NCBI GenBank assembly: GCA_001785355.1
Contig: MFTQ01000004.1
Location: forward strand, 3,612 to 67,611
DNA from: Candidatus Nomurabacteria bacterium RIFCSPHIGHO2_01_FULL_41_71
GTDB lineage: Bacteria > Patescibacteriota > Minisyncoccia > Phycocordibacterales > UBA9973
Reading direction: 5' to 3'
Length of the DNA: 64,000 nt
The position numbers were made by a program, and so were the translations under genes. The notes under the pieces are model-generated. The model ran no database searches. It saw only the letters and a program-made list of their open reading frames with translations, and was not told the DNA's origin. Positions 1 to 10,628 of this stretch are shown piece after piece (within the stretch, counting starts at the first letter, position 1; each line of letters opens with the position of its first letter).

Positions 1-887
1 ATGTTCGTCTGGAGGAAGGTGGAGCCATGGATTATACCGTTGTTGTTTCCGCTGGAGCATCAGAGTCAGCTGCTCTTTCTTACGTAGCGCCATATGCAGG
101 AGTATCCATTGCGGAATATTTTATGGATAAGGGAAAAGATGTGTTGATTATCTACGACGACCTGTCGAAACATGCGGTAGCTTACAGAGAAATATCCCTC
201 CTTCTCCGTCGTCCGCCTGGCCGAGAAGCCTTTCCGGGAGATGTTTTTTATCTTCATTCTCGCCTGCTTGAGCGCGCTTGCCGAAGAAACCAAAAATACG
301 GGGGTGGGTCTATCACTGCGCTTCCCATTATTGAAACTCAAGCGGGAGATATTTCGGCCTATATTCCAACCAATGTAATTTCCATTACCGACGGGCAAAT
401 ATTTCTAGAGACCGATCTTTTCTATAAAGGTATTCGTCCGGCGGTAAATGTCGGCTCTTCCGTTTCCCGTGTAGGTTCTGCCGCCCAGATCAAGGCTATG
501 AAGAAAGTGGCAGGCACTTTGAAGCTCGATCTCGCGCAATACCGGGAGCTCGAAGCTTTCTCTCAGTTTGGTTCTGATTTGGATGAAGCAACCAAGCGGA
601 CCCTCGAGCGTGGCAAAAGGGCGGTGGAGGTATTGAAACAACCCCAATATTCTCCGGAAAAGACAGAACATCAAGTGGTATCCCTTTACGCGCTTTCCAA
701 AGGGTTTATGGATGATGTTCCGGTGAATAAGATAAAAGAATTTGAGCGCGGACTTATCGACCATGCGGAACGTCATGCGAAGGCTTTCTTTAAAGATATT
801 GCGGAAACAAAGATGTGGAGTGAAAAAGGCGAAATTGAGTTAAAGAAAGTAATTGAAGATTTCAAAAAAGGTTTTAGTAACACTTAG
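1..887 (+). CDS. atpA: F1F0 ATP synthase subunit alpha (5'-partial, starts before window)
   Basis: Motifs [43 protein letters not shown]; frame open from position 3. Confidence 0.98.
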   Translation, partial: VRLEEGGAMDYTVVVSAGASESAALSYVAPYAGVSIAEYFMDKGKDVLIIYDDLSKHAVAYREISLLLRRPPGREAFPGDVFYLHSRLLERACRRNQKYGGGSITALPIIETQAGDISAYIPTNVISITDGQIFLETDLFYKGIRPAVNVGSSVSRVGSAAQIKAMKKVAGTLKLDLAQYRELEAFSQFGSDLDEATKRTLERGKRAVEVLKQPQYSPEKTEHQVVSLYALSKGFMDDVPVNKIKEFERGLIDHAERHAKAFFKDIAETKMWSEKGEIELKKVIEDFKKGFSNT

Positions 888-905
888 TACTCCGAGTACT
901 AAGTG
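881..905. repeat. Palindrome family C copy 1 (CACTTAGTACTC-C-GAGTACTAAGTG); supplies atpA stop TAG
   Basis: Perfect 12-bp arms; 882-905 identical to 27346-27369. Confidence 0.93.
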
Positions 906-921
906 GTTTAAGGCGAATTTT

Positions 922-1836
922 ATGGCAGGAACAAAGGAAATAAAAAGACGAATAAAGTCGATAAAAAATACCAAGAAAATCACCAAGGCGATGGAACTGG
1001 TGGCGGCTTCGAAGATGAAGCGCGCGGTTTCGAGTACCCTTGCTTCCAGATTTTACGCCGGATATTCTTGGCAGATTCTGACTTCTATTGCCAAAAATGT
1101 CGAAAATTTAGAACATCCGCTTTTTTCATTGAAAGAAGGGATTGACGGTAAAAAAAATATTTTACTTCTTTTAATAAGCTCCAATCGCGGGCTTTGCGGA
1201 GCGTACAACGCGCAAATTATAAAAAAGGTTATTTCTATACTCAAAAGCAAAAATACTAATGTGGAAGTGGTCTCGGTAGGCAAAAAAGGAGATATCGCCA
1301 TACGTCGTCTGGGTATCCGGGTAGTTGCTTCTTTTTTGGAAATGGATGGCCAGATTTCTCTATCCGCGATAGTGCCCCTGTCTAAATTTGTGATAGATGA
1401 GTTTAGCTTTGGTAAATATGATAAAGTAATAGTGGCTTATACCGATTTTGTTTCTGCTCTGACCCAGCGACCCAACATCAAGCAGATTTTACCGGTAAGT
1501 CGCACAGAACTAAAAGATTTGATTCAATCGCTTGATCAAGTCGCTCCGGCGCTCGAAGACAACTCTCATGATAAGAAAATCGATTATTTGTTCGAAGGAG
1601 ACCAGAATAAACTTATCGGCTCGCTCGCGGAAAAACTTACTCGGATGCAGATTTATCAAATGCTTTTGGAATCCAATGCTTCCGAGCAGTCAAGCAGAAT
1701 GATGGCCATGAAGAACGCAAGCGAAGCCTCCGGAGAGATGATTGAAGATTTGACTTTGGTATTTAATAAAGCCAGACAATCGAATATTACCAGAGAAATA
1801 TCGGAAATCAGCGCGGGCATGGCATCAATAAGTTAA
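922..1836 (+). CDS. atpG: ATP synthase subunit gamma
   Basis: IKRRIKSIKNTKKITKAMELVAASK, RGLCG, FNKARQSNITREISEI; start moved to ATG 922. Confidence 0.97.
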   Translation: MAGTKEIKRRIKSIKNTKKITKAMELVAASKMKRAVSSTLASRFYAGYSWQILTSIAKNVENLEHPLFSLKEGIDGKKNILLLLISSNRGLCGAYNAQIIKKVISILKSKNTNVEVVSVGKKGDIAIRRLGIRVVASFLEMDGQISLSAIVPLSKFVIDEFSFGKYDKVIVAYTDFVSALTQRPNIKQILPVSRTELKDLIQSLDQVAPALEDNSHDKKIDYLFEGDQNKLIGSLAEKLTRMQIYQMLLESNASEQSSRMMAMKNASEASGEMIEDLTLVFNKARQSNITREISEISAGMASIS

Positions 1837-1859
1837 AAGTTATAAAATTTATAAAGTAA

Positions 1860-3224
<1,365 letters not shown>

Positions 3225-3230
3225 AAATGT

Positions 3231-3677
3231 ATGTTCAAACACTTAAAATTAAAAATAATCACTCCGGAGCGATTGGTACTTGAAGAAGATGTGAATCAAG
3301 TCAGTCTGCCGACCACTGTGGGAGAAATTACTGTTTTACCGGAGCACATTCCGCTTATTAGCGAGATTACTTCCGGTGATATTGTTTCTCTTGTCGGGGG
3401 CGAATACATTCCCTTTGCCGTAGCGGGGGGATTCGTAGAAGTAAAAAAAAACGAAAATAATATTACCGAAGTCGCCGTGCTAGCAGATTTTGCCGAGCAT
3501 GTGTCGGAAATTTCGGATGAGGTCATAAAAAAGGCCAAGGCGCAGGCGGAAGAACTGCGTCAGCAGGCGGCAAACAAAGAAATCGTGGATTTCGAACACT
3601 TTGAGACTGAACTTGAACGTTCTCTTACCCGCGTCAAAATCGCGGACAAATGGAGGAGTAAAAAATACAGGAAATGA
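3231..3677 (+). CDS. atpC: ATP synthase subunit epsilon
   Basis: LKIITPE, GEITVLPEHIPL, AVAGGFVEV; follows atpD. Confidence 0.93.
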   Translation: MFKHLKLKIITPERLVLEEDVNQVSLPTTVGEITVLPEHIPLISEITSGDIVSLVGGEYIPFAVAGGFVEVKKNENNITEVAVLADFAEHVSEISDEVIKKAKAQAEELRQQAANKEIVDFEHFETELERSLTRVKIADKWRSKKYRK

Positions 3678-4351
3678 GTAAATTTTATGTTGTCGCAACT
3701 CCGATAGGAAACCTGGGAGACATTACCTTTCGGGCCGTTGAGACGTTAAAGAGCGTAGATTTGATATTATGCGAGGATACACGAGAGACTAAAAAAATTT
3801 TAAATAAATATAATATCAATACATCCATGATGAGCTATCATACTCACAGCAAACTCGCCAAAACAGATAAGATTTTTGAATTGTTATCCGAGGGGAAAAA
3901 TTTGGCTCTGGTTTCGGACGCGGGCACTCCCGGCATTTCTGATCCGGGGGCGATGCTTGTTTCCAAAATCAAAGATAATCTACGCCATAGCGTAGATGTA
4001 ATTCCAGTGCCGGGGCCGACCGCGCTTATCACGGCGCTTTCGGCTTCGGGACTGCCGACGCATGAATTTACGTTCTTGGGTTTTTTGCCGCACAAGAAAG
4101 GGAGAGAAACATTGTTTAAGGAAATAGCGCAATCCGGAAGGACTATGGTTTTTTATGAATCTCCCCATCGGATTTTAAAAACTCTGGAATCTCTCAGAAA
4201 ATTTTGCCCAAATAAGAAAGTGTGTTTGGCCCGAGAACTCACCAAGATTTATGAAGAATTCAAAACTGACCCTCCGGTCGAACTTTTAGAATATTTAAAA
4301 GAAAATCCAAAAAAACAGAAAGGGGAGTTTACCGTGCTGATTAGCGATTGA
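3674..4351 (+). CDS. rsmI: 16S rRNA C1402 2'-O-methyltransferase
   Basis: VATPIGNLGDIT, CEDTR, LVSDAGTPGISDPG, YESPHR, RELTKIYEE. Confidence 0.96.
   Translation: MSKFYVVATPIGNLGDITFRAVETLKSVDLILCEDTRETKKILNKYNINTSMMSYHTHSKLAKTDKIFELLSEGKNLALVSDAGTPGISDPGAMLVSKIKDNLRHSVDVIPVPGPTALITALSASGLPTHEFTFLGFLPHKKGRETLFKEIAQSGRTMVFYESPHRILKTLESLRKFCPNKKVCLARELTKIYEEFKTDPPVELLEYLKENPKKQKGEFTVLISD
3978..3997. repeat. In-frame palindrome in rsmI (ATCTACGC-CATA-GCGTAGAT; NLRHSVD)
   Basis: Perfect 8-bp arms, 4-nt loop; single copy in window. Confidence 0.55.
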
Positions 4352-4389
4352 TGTTTACGGAAAAACTCATATGTACTTTTCAGTAGACA
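4352..4389. repeat. Intergenic palindrome family D copy 1 (TGTYTACGGAAA..CATATG..TTTTC.GTAGACA)
   Basis: 38-bp imperfect palindrome between convergent rsmI and priA; related copy at 32450-32487. Confidence 0.8.
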
Positions 4390-4430
4390 GGTGAATAAAG
4401 TAGAATTTATGAAAAAGTAAAGCAAGGTTT

Positions 4431-6401
4431 TTATAGCAGATCTTCCGGATCCACTTTGATTTTAAAGTTTCGGGGAAGGGAGCGGAGTTTTTGGGAAAGG
4501 TTCCGGTCAATGTTTCCACCCGTCAGGAGGGAAGGAAGAGACCATCTTTCAGGGTTTATTTTAAGCAACATATTGGCGGAATATTTATCTTTTATTCTTG
4601 GTATAAAACCGGAGAATATTTCCGGCTCATATTCCTTGAATATTTCTTTCAGTCTTTCCCTTGTTTCCAGGACTTCGGATTTTTTGCCCAAGAAAGTCGT
4701 TTTAATGAAGCGTTTGAAGGGCGGATAATGGAGGATTTTTCTATTTTCTATATCTTCTCTGATCAATGGCCATAGATTGCCTTCTTTCAGAGCAAGGAGG
4801 GTTTTATCCTGTATATTTTTAACCTGAATGATCAGTTTTTCTTCTGTTTTGTCCGATATGTCGAGAAGGATTCTAAGTATTTTCTCTCCCATTTTGAAAT
4901 TCGGGATACTCCAGAGCGAATCAAAGGAAGCAATGACTGAAAGCGGGACTTTCTCTCTCAAATAGTAGAGCGCCATCTCTGTGCCCACCAGTATGGCCCC
5001 GGAAGATTTAGAAAATCCTTCAGCTATTTTTTTTGCTCCGTTTTTGTTTCCGGCGGACTCTCGGTCTAATTTAAAAATCTTTGTTTTTCCCAAGTCTTTT
5101 TCGCGCCCCAGACTCTCTCTTAGATATTCAAGCACTGTTTCGATGCCAATTCCAAGCGGTATCAGGTTCCATCCCCCGCAGACATCGCACAGAATATCGG
5201 CATTTTTCTCTGCACCGCATTTATTACAAACGAACATTCTTTTTTTGCCGTCTTTCGAGGTATAAAGCACCAATACCGATTCACATTCGCCACAGGATAC
5301 CGTATTGCCGCAATCCCGGCATACAGTCATGGTAGAGAGACCCTTGCGCAGAGAAAAAATAAAAACATTCTTTTTTTCTCGGAGAGCGGAGAATACTTGG
5401 AGCATACTTTCCTCCTTTAGCACTTTGAACCCCCCCCATTTATTCTTTTCGGATTTTTGGCTCAAAATTTCCATTTTTATTTTGAGATCGGTTCTGAAAG
5501 AAAGAGGATGCAGGGGATTTATATTTTCCGTGTCTTTTCTCGCTATTGTTTCAAAGCGAAGAAGATCACTCGACATTATAAACCTTGCATTCATTTTCGA
5601 GGCAAAGATTTCGGCAAAGATTCGGAAGTCCAAGTGTGTCTGTCCCAGAGGGATGTAGCCATTTCCGTTTTCTTCTTCCAGAATGACAGTACCTAGATCA
5701 TTCCTTGGGATGGCAAGAAAAGGAGTAGTGCCCACTATCAGCACCGGATGCGTGGAAGAAAGTATTTTCTGACAATTTTTCATATTTTTCTTTTTATTTA
5801 TTCCACTGTGCATGGCGAAAGCAAATTCTCCAATGCCTTTGGATAACGCCTCTGAAAAAATTTCTATGCAAGTTTCTGTTCCGCAAATTATAAAGACGGA
5901 TTTTCCTCTGGCAAATGATTCTCGGATCATTGTCTTATACGCGCTTATACGGTCTTCCAGCGGAGCTTGAAAAAGTAATTTTTCAGGTTTGATTTCGATG
6001 GGAACCGTAGCTATGTTCTGTGGCATCTCTTTTTTAATTTTTTTTATAATTTCAGAAATTTTATCGTAGTCTTCCATAAAAATATTCGGAATTAAACAAG
6101 TGATTACTAATCCCTTATCTTCCACGAAATATTCGGCGGCATCTAAAGTAGCAGAAATGAATTCTTTTTGAAAAATCGACGGACCTTTATCCTCGGCAAC
6201 TTTTCTTAAATTGAAATTCATGTTTTTTATATTACCCTTGGCTTCTGAGAGTTCTTCCACCTTTGACACTAAGGCGAGAATTTTTTTATTTTTTATCGGT
6301 ACGGAAACGACATGCCCTTCGGGGATTGAAAGAGCGGTAAAATAAGCGAGATTTCCTACCGGAATGCCCTTTTTAAGCGGAATAACGGATACGACTTTCA
6401 T
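4431..6401 (-). CDS. priA: Primosomal protein N' (PriA)-like, degenerate helicase motifs
   Basis: N-terminal 3'-binding-like region, four CxxC pairs (CRDC, CGEC, CNKC, CDVC), G.GIE, ILVGT, YPPF. Confidence 0.8.
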   Translation of the reverse strand: MKVVSVIPLKKGIPVGNLAYFTALSIPEGHVVSVPIKNKKILALVSKVEELSEAKGNIKNMNFNLRKVAEDKGPSIFQKEFISATLDAAEYFVEDKGLVITCLIPNIFMEDYDKISEIIKKIKKEMPQNIATVPIEIKPEKLLFQAPLEDRISAYKTMIRESFARGKSVFIICGTETCIEIFSEALSKGIGEFAFAMHSGINKKKNMKNCQKILSSTHPVLIVGTTPFLAIPRNDLGTVILEEENGNGYIPLGQTHLDFRIFAEIFASKMNARFIMSSDLLRFETIARKDTENINPLHPLSFRTDLKIKMEILSQKSEKNKWGGFKVLKEESMLQVFSALREKKNVFIFSLRKGLSTMTVCRDCGNTVSCGECESVLVLYTSKDGKKRMFVCNKCGAEKNADILCDVCGGWNLIPLGIGIETVLEYLRESLGREKDLGKTKIFKLDRESAGNKNGAKKIAEGFSKSSGAILVGTEMALYYLREKVPLSVIASFDSLWSIPNFKMGEKILRILLDISDKTEEKLIIQVKNIQDKTLLALKEGNLWPLIREDIENRKILHYPPFKRFIKTTFLGKKSEVLETRERLKEIFKEYEPEIFSGFIPRIKDKYSANMLLKINPERWSLPSLLTGGNIDRNLSQKLRSLPRNFKIKVDPEDLL

Positions 6402-6480
6402 ATTTTGATTCTAACATAGATAAATTATACCTCCATATTTTTTTCTTGATTAAAAGCAGATACGGGGGTATATTGTTCTC

Positions 6481-7494
6481 ATGAGTTTTTTTTCACGCAA
6501 ATTAGGCATAGATTTAGGCACGGCAAATACCTTGGTATTTGTGCCCGGCAAAGGGATAGTTTTAAATGAGCCTTCGGTGGTGGCTGTGTCTGAACAGGAT
6601 AATAAAATTCTGGCAATAGGTTTTGAAGCTAAAGATATGATCGGCAAAACGCCCGAAAACATTATTACATATTGTCCTATGAAAGACGGAGTTATAGCGG
6701 ATTATCGGGTAACGGAAGCGATGCTTCGTTATTTTATAAATAAAGCCATGGGTAAATGGAGCTTATGGAAACCGGATGTGATGGTCTCGGTTCCAGCCGG
6801 TGTTACCTCTACCGAACGGCGAGCCGTGGTAGAAGCGGCTATCCGTGCGGGGGCTAAAAACGCTTATGTGGTGAAAGAGCCGATTCTTGCCGCTATCGGC
6901 GCGGGTATTCCAATTTATGAATCTAGGGGGCATATGGTGGTGGACATCGGAGGAGGTACTACGGATGTGGCGGTGATTTCTCTGGGTGGAATAGTAGCGT
7001 CCACTTCGGTCAAATGCGCCGGAAATAAAATAGATGCGGCTATTGCCGATTATATAAAAAAAACTTTTAACTTGGCCATAGGAGACAGAACAGCCGAAGA
7101 GGTGAAAATAAAGATAGGCGCGGCGGTGCCTCTGGGAGAAGAGCTTTCGGTTACGATCCGGGGAAGAGATTTTATTCAAGGATTACCCAGAAGCGCGAAA
7201 GTAAGCACCAACGAAATAGTGAAAGCAACAGACAGCGAACTCCGGCAAATTATTAAAGCTATCAAGGATGTTCTTCAAGAAACCCCACCCGAGCTTGCTT
7301 CCGATATCATGGAACACGGGATTATCATGACCGGAGGATCGTCTCTTTTGCGTAATTTGCCGGATCTGGTTTATCGGCGGACGGGAGTAAAAGCAATGCT
7401 TGCCGATGACGCGCTTTTCTGTGTGGCAAAAGGCACCGGTCTTGCTCTTGAGCACCTTGATGTGTATAAAAAAACAGTATTAAGCAAAAAATAG
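6481..7494 (+). CDS. mreB: Rod shape-determining protein MreB/Mbl
   Basis: GIDLGTANT, EPSVVA, PMKDGVIAD, VDIGGGTTDVAVISLGG, MTGGSSLL. Confidence 0.96.
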   Translation: MSFFSRKLGIDLGTANTLVFVPGKGIVLNEPSVVAVSEQDNKILAIGFEAKDMIGKTPENIITYCPMKDGVIADYRVTEAMLRYFINKAMGKWSLWKPDVMVSVPAGVTSTERRAVVEAAIRAGAKNAYVVKEPILAAIGAGIPIYESRGHMVVDIGGGTTDVAVISLGGIVASTSVKCAGNKIDAAIADYIKKTFNLAIGDRTAEEVKIKIGAAVPLGEELSVTIRGRDFIQGLPRSAKVSTNEIVKATDSELRQIIKAIKDVLQETPPELASDIMEHGIIMTGGSSLLRNLPDLVYRRTGVKAMLADDALFCVAKGTGLALEHLDVYKKTVLSKK

Positions 7495-7496
7495 CG

Positions 7497-8216
7497 ATGT
7501 TTTCAAATCATTTTGATTCGAATAATCTTCATCACGCGTATTTGATAGAAGGAGAAAGAATGAAAGCGTTATCGGAAATAATGCGATTTTTAGAAAGTAT
7601 CGACATTAAAACTTCCGGCAATGCCGACTTTTCTCTCATTTCTCTGGATTCTTTCAGTGTGGAAAATGCCAGAAATTTAAAATCTTTAAGCGTCGAAAAA
7701 AGCTTCTCCTCCAGTTTATCCGCGCAAGCAAATAAAAGAATTTTTATAATTTCAACCAATAATTTTCTTCTGGAAGCTCAAAACACTCTTCTGAAAATGT
7801 TTGAAGAGCCCATAGAAGACGTTATTTTTTTTCTGATAGTGCCGGACAAGAATGCTCTGCTTAAGACCCTTGCCTCCAGATTTTATGTGATTTCCTTGGA
7901 GCGGGCTTTGGGAGAGGAGGCGGAAATGGCAGATAAATTTTTAAATATGAGTTTACAAAAGAGGGTTGATTTTATAAAAGACCTTCTGATTGAAAACGAA
8001 GGGGAAGAAGAGGAGTTGGAAAAATCTGTCAGATTAAAGGCATTAAAATTTTTAAACGCCCTTGAACATATACTCCACAAAAAGTTAGTGTCAAGGACGG
8101 TCCTTGACATAGGTGTTTTTGAACATTTTTTCAAAGTTAGGAAATTTTTGCGTATGCCCGGGTCTTCTACCAAGAGTCTAATGGAATCCGTGGCGTTTTT
8201 AACTCCGAATTTATGA
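7497..8216 (+). CDS. DNA polymerase III delta'-like clamp-loader subunit (short HolB-like)
   Basis: HHAYLIEG, EAQNTLLKMFEEP, LLKTLASR. Confidence 0.7.
   Translation: MFSNHFDSNNLHHAYLIEGERMKALSEIMRFLESIDIKTSGNADFSLISLDSFSVENARNLKSLSVEKSFSSSLSAQANKRIFIISTNNFLLEAQNTLLKMFEEPIEDVIFFLIVPDKNALLKTLASRFYVISLERALGEEAEMADKFLNMSLQKRVDFIKDLLIENEGEEEELEKSVRLKALKFLNALEHILHKKLVSRTVLDIGVFEHFFKVRKFLRMPGSSTKSLMESVAFLTPNL
8089..8109. repeat. Palindrome family B single unit (TGTCAAGGAC-G-GTCCTTGACA; VSRTVLD), in frame
   Basis: Perfect 10-bp arms; same 21-nt TGTCAA..TTGACA format as dusB and purD copies. Confidence 0.8.
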
Positions 8217-8231
8217 TATACTCAATCTTAT

Positions 8232-8783
8232 ATGCAATACAACTTTTCTAATTTCAAGGCAGGACTTAAGAAAGTGGAAGAATTCTTGAGCAAGGAATAT
8301 CGAGAGCTGAATGTCGGCCGAGCTTCTCCCTCTGTGCTTGACGGTGTATCTGTGGAATCATACGGTTCATTTATGCCCATAAAAAATCTTGCTTCTATTT
8401 CCATTGAAGATCCAAAAACTCTGCGCATAGCGCCTTGGGACAAGAGTCAAGTGAAGGATATCGAGAAAGCGATAGTTGTTTCAAATCTAGGGCTATCGGT
8501 AGCTACCGATGAAGTCGGCATCAGGGTAATATTTCCTCAATTAACTACCGAGACCAGACAGAAACTGGTAAAAGTCTTAAAAGAAAAGCTCGAAGAAAGC
8601 AGAATTACCGTGCGTAAAGAGCGTGAGCGGATATGGGACGAGGTGCAGAAACTAGAACGTGAAGGAAAAATGACCGAAGATGAAAAATTTCGAGCGAAAG
8701 AGGAGCTTCAGAAAATAATCGATGAAATTAATAAAAATCTGGGAAATGCTTTTGAAAAGAAAGAACGTGAAGTGATGGGATGA
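8232..8783 (+). CDS. frr: Ribosome recycling factor
   Basis: GRASPSVLD, IAPWD, IEKAI, FPQLTTETR. Confidence 0.95.
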   Translation: MQYNFSNFKAGLKKVEEFLSKEYRELNVGRASPSVLDGVSVESYGSFMPIKNLASISIEDPKTLRIAPWDKSQVKDIEKAIVVSNLGLSVATDEVGIRVIFPQLTTETRQKLVKVLKEKLEESRITVRKERERIWDEVQKLEREGKMTEDEKFRAKEELQKIIDEINKNLGNAFEKKEREVMG

Positions 8784-9907
8784 ATATTTTAATTTTTTTT
8801 ATAATTTTGTTAATTTTGGTGTTGGTCCATGAGTTTGGGCATTTTTTTGCGGCGAAGAAATTCGGCATACGAGTGGATGAATTTGGATTCGGCTTTCCGC
8901 CTAAATTGTTCGGGATTAAAAAAGGAGAAACAGAATATACTTTTAATTTGTTTCCAATTGGCGGATTTGTAAAAATTTTCGGTGAAAATCCAAATGAAGC
9001 AGAAGACTTGGAGGCCTTGCCTCCACTTGGAGGCAAGGCCTCCAAGTCGGGGAGTTTTTCTTTCAAGCCTAAATGGCAACAAGCTGTGGTTTTATCTGCC
9101 GGAATCTTGGCCAACTTTCTTCTTGCCTTTCTTCTTTTTTCTTATGCTTTTATTTCTGGTTTGCCCGTGGCGGCTGACGAAGGATTTGCCGGATATATAC
9201 CCAAGGATGTAAATACGGTAATTATTTCCGTAATTCCCGGTTTACCGGCCGCAAACGCTGATCTTAGGCCGGGAGACAAGATAATTTCAATGAAAAACAG
9301 CAGAGAAACCCTAACCTTAATCAATCCGGATAAAATTAAAATTTTTATTATTTCAAGTATCGGAGATGAAATAGAAATCGGTTTTGTGCGAAGTTCTAAA
9401 ACAAATAAATTACTTTTTACCAAGGTGATTCCCATTGTTTCCGGGCCAAACGAAGATCCGGTGGTCGGTATTAGTATGGATCAGATAGGCATAGTTAAAT
9501 TACCGATATGGCTTGCTTTGCCTGAGGGTATGAAAATGACGACATCCGCCATCAAAGAGACTGTTGTTGGGCTCTTTAAGCTTGCCAAAGAAAGTCTAAT
9601 GGGAAATGGCAGTTTAGATAATGTAGCCGGTCCGGTGGGGCTGGTCGGCATGGTGGGAGAAGTTTATGGTTTCGGTTTTTCTTATCTTATTTCTTTTACG
9701 GCTTTGATTTCTATTAATTTAGGCATTATAAACTTGGTTCCTTTTCCCGCGCTTGACGGAGGTAGGCTATTTTTTCTTCTGATTGAGAAGATAAAAGGTT
9801 CGCGTATTAATCGTAAATTTTTCAATATTGCAAACATGACGGGCTTCGCTATATTAATCTTATTCATGTTGGCGGTGACTTATAAGGACATAACGAAATT
9901 GTTTTAA
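8780..9907 (+). CDS. rseP: Site-2 (M50) zinc metalloprotease with PDZ domain
   Basis: HEFGH, PIGGFV, AGILANF, GPVG, NLVPFPALDGG. Confidence 0.93.
   Translation: MNILIFFIILLILVLVHEFGHFFAAKKFGIRVDEFGFGFPPKLFGIKKGETEYTFNLFPIGGFVKIFGENPNEAEDLEALPPLGGKASKSGSFSFKPKWQQAVVLSAGILANFLLAFLLFSYAFISGLPVAADEGFAGYIPKDVNTVIISVIPGLPAANADLRPGDKIISMKNSRETLTLINPDKIKIFIISSIGDEIEIGFVRSSKTNKLLFTKVIPIVSGPNEDPVVGISMDQIGIVKLPIWLALPEGMKMTTSAIKETVVGLFKLAKESLMGNGSLDNVAGPVGLVGMVGEVYGFGFSYLISFTALISINLGIINLVPFPALDGGRLFFLLIEKIKGSRINRKFFNIANMTGFAILILFMLAVTYKDITKLF
9005..9048. repeat. Palindrome family A copy 1, in frame in rseP (DLEALPPLGGKASKS)
   Basis: GACTTGGAGGCCTTGCCTCCA-CT-TGGAGGCAAGGCCTCCAAGTC: perfect 21-bp arms, each arm itself a hairpin. 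Confidence 0.96.
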
Positions 9908-10624
9908 ATGAAACTGATTCATCAAGTTCGGGCGGTAAAAAATAAAAGAGAAATTGCCAATATTAAAAAAGCTCAAAAATTAAGCGAATTATTACTTTAT
10001 GATGTTTTGAAAAAGTTAAAAACAGGAGTAACGGAATTCGACATTGCTCGATTTATAACTAATCGGTTTGTAAAATTAGGCGCGCCAATACTTTCTTTTC
10101 CGCCCATTGTGGCTTTCGGTAAAAATTCAGCCAATATTCATCATACCCCCGGCAAGACAAAACTCAGAAGGGGAGATTTCATTATGCTTGATTTTGGTTG
10201 CACAATAAATGGGTATTGTTCGGATATGACTCGCACTTATTTCTGGGGCGAACCGACAAAAAAACAAAAGAAAATTTATTTGGCTGTATTAGGAGCTCAA
10301 AATCGCGCTTTGAAACAAATCCAGAAAGGAGAGCGCAGGGCCAAAATCATAGACAGATTCGCGCGGGGTTTTCTGGCGAAAGTTTTCAAGAATAATTTTA
10401 AACACGGGCTTGGTCACGGAGTGGGAACCGTGATTCATGAATGGCCGAATTTCAAGCCAAAAAGCGAAGATATTATCCCTGCCGGATGCGTGATGACTGT
10501 CGAACCCGGGCTCTATTTTAAAGGTTTCGGCGGGGTGCGAATAGAAGATATGATTTTAATTGCAAAAAATGGCTACAAAAACCTAACTAACGTGCCAAAA
10601 GATATAAAAAGTGTTATACTGTAA
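9908..10624 (+). CDS. M24 Xaa-Pro peptidase (catalytic domain only)
   Basis: DFG..YCSDMTRT, HGLGHGVG..IHE, TVEPGLY, GVRIED. Confidence 0.92.
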   Translation: MKLIHQVRAVKNKREIANIKKAQKLSELLLYDVLKKLKTGVTEFDIARFITNRFVKLGAPILSFPPIVAFGKNSANIHHTPGKTKLRRGDFIMLDFGCTINGYCSDMTRTYFWGEPTKKQKKIYLAVLGAQNRALKQIQKGERRAKIIDRFARGFLAKVFKNNFKHGLGHGVGTVIHEWPNFKPKSEDIIPAGCVMTVEPGLYFKGFGGVRIEDMILIAKNGYKNLTNVPKDIKSVIL

Positions 10625-10628
10625 AGGC

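Noticed and set aside
853-921. N-terminal extension of atpG in the ORF track
   Set aside because: It runs through the atpA end and the family C palindrome; the conserved AtpG start is ATG 922.
6003-6019. GAACCGTAGCTATGTTC weak palindrome in a priA linker
   Set aside because: Short, gapped and single-copy; could be chance or a decayed element.
7712-7735. SSSLSAQANK apparent insert in the HolB-like protein
   Set aside because: Looks like an extra loop, but the DNA has no convincing inverted repeat.
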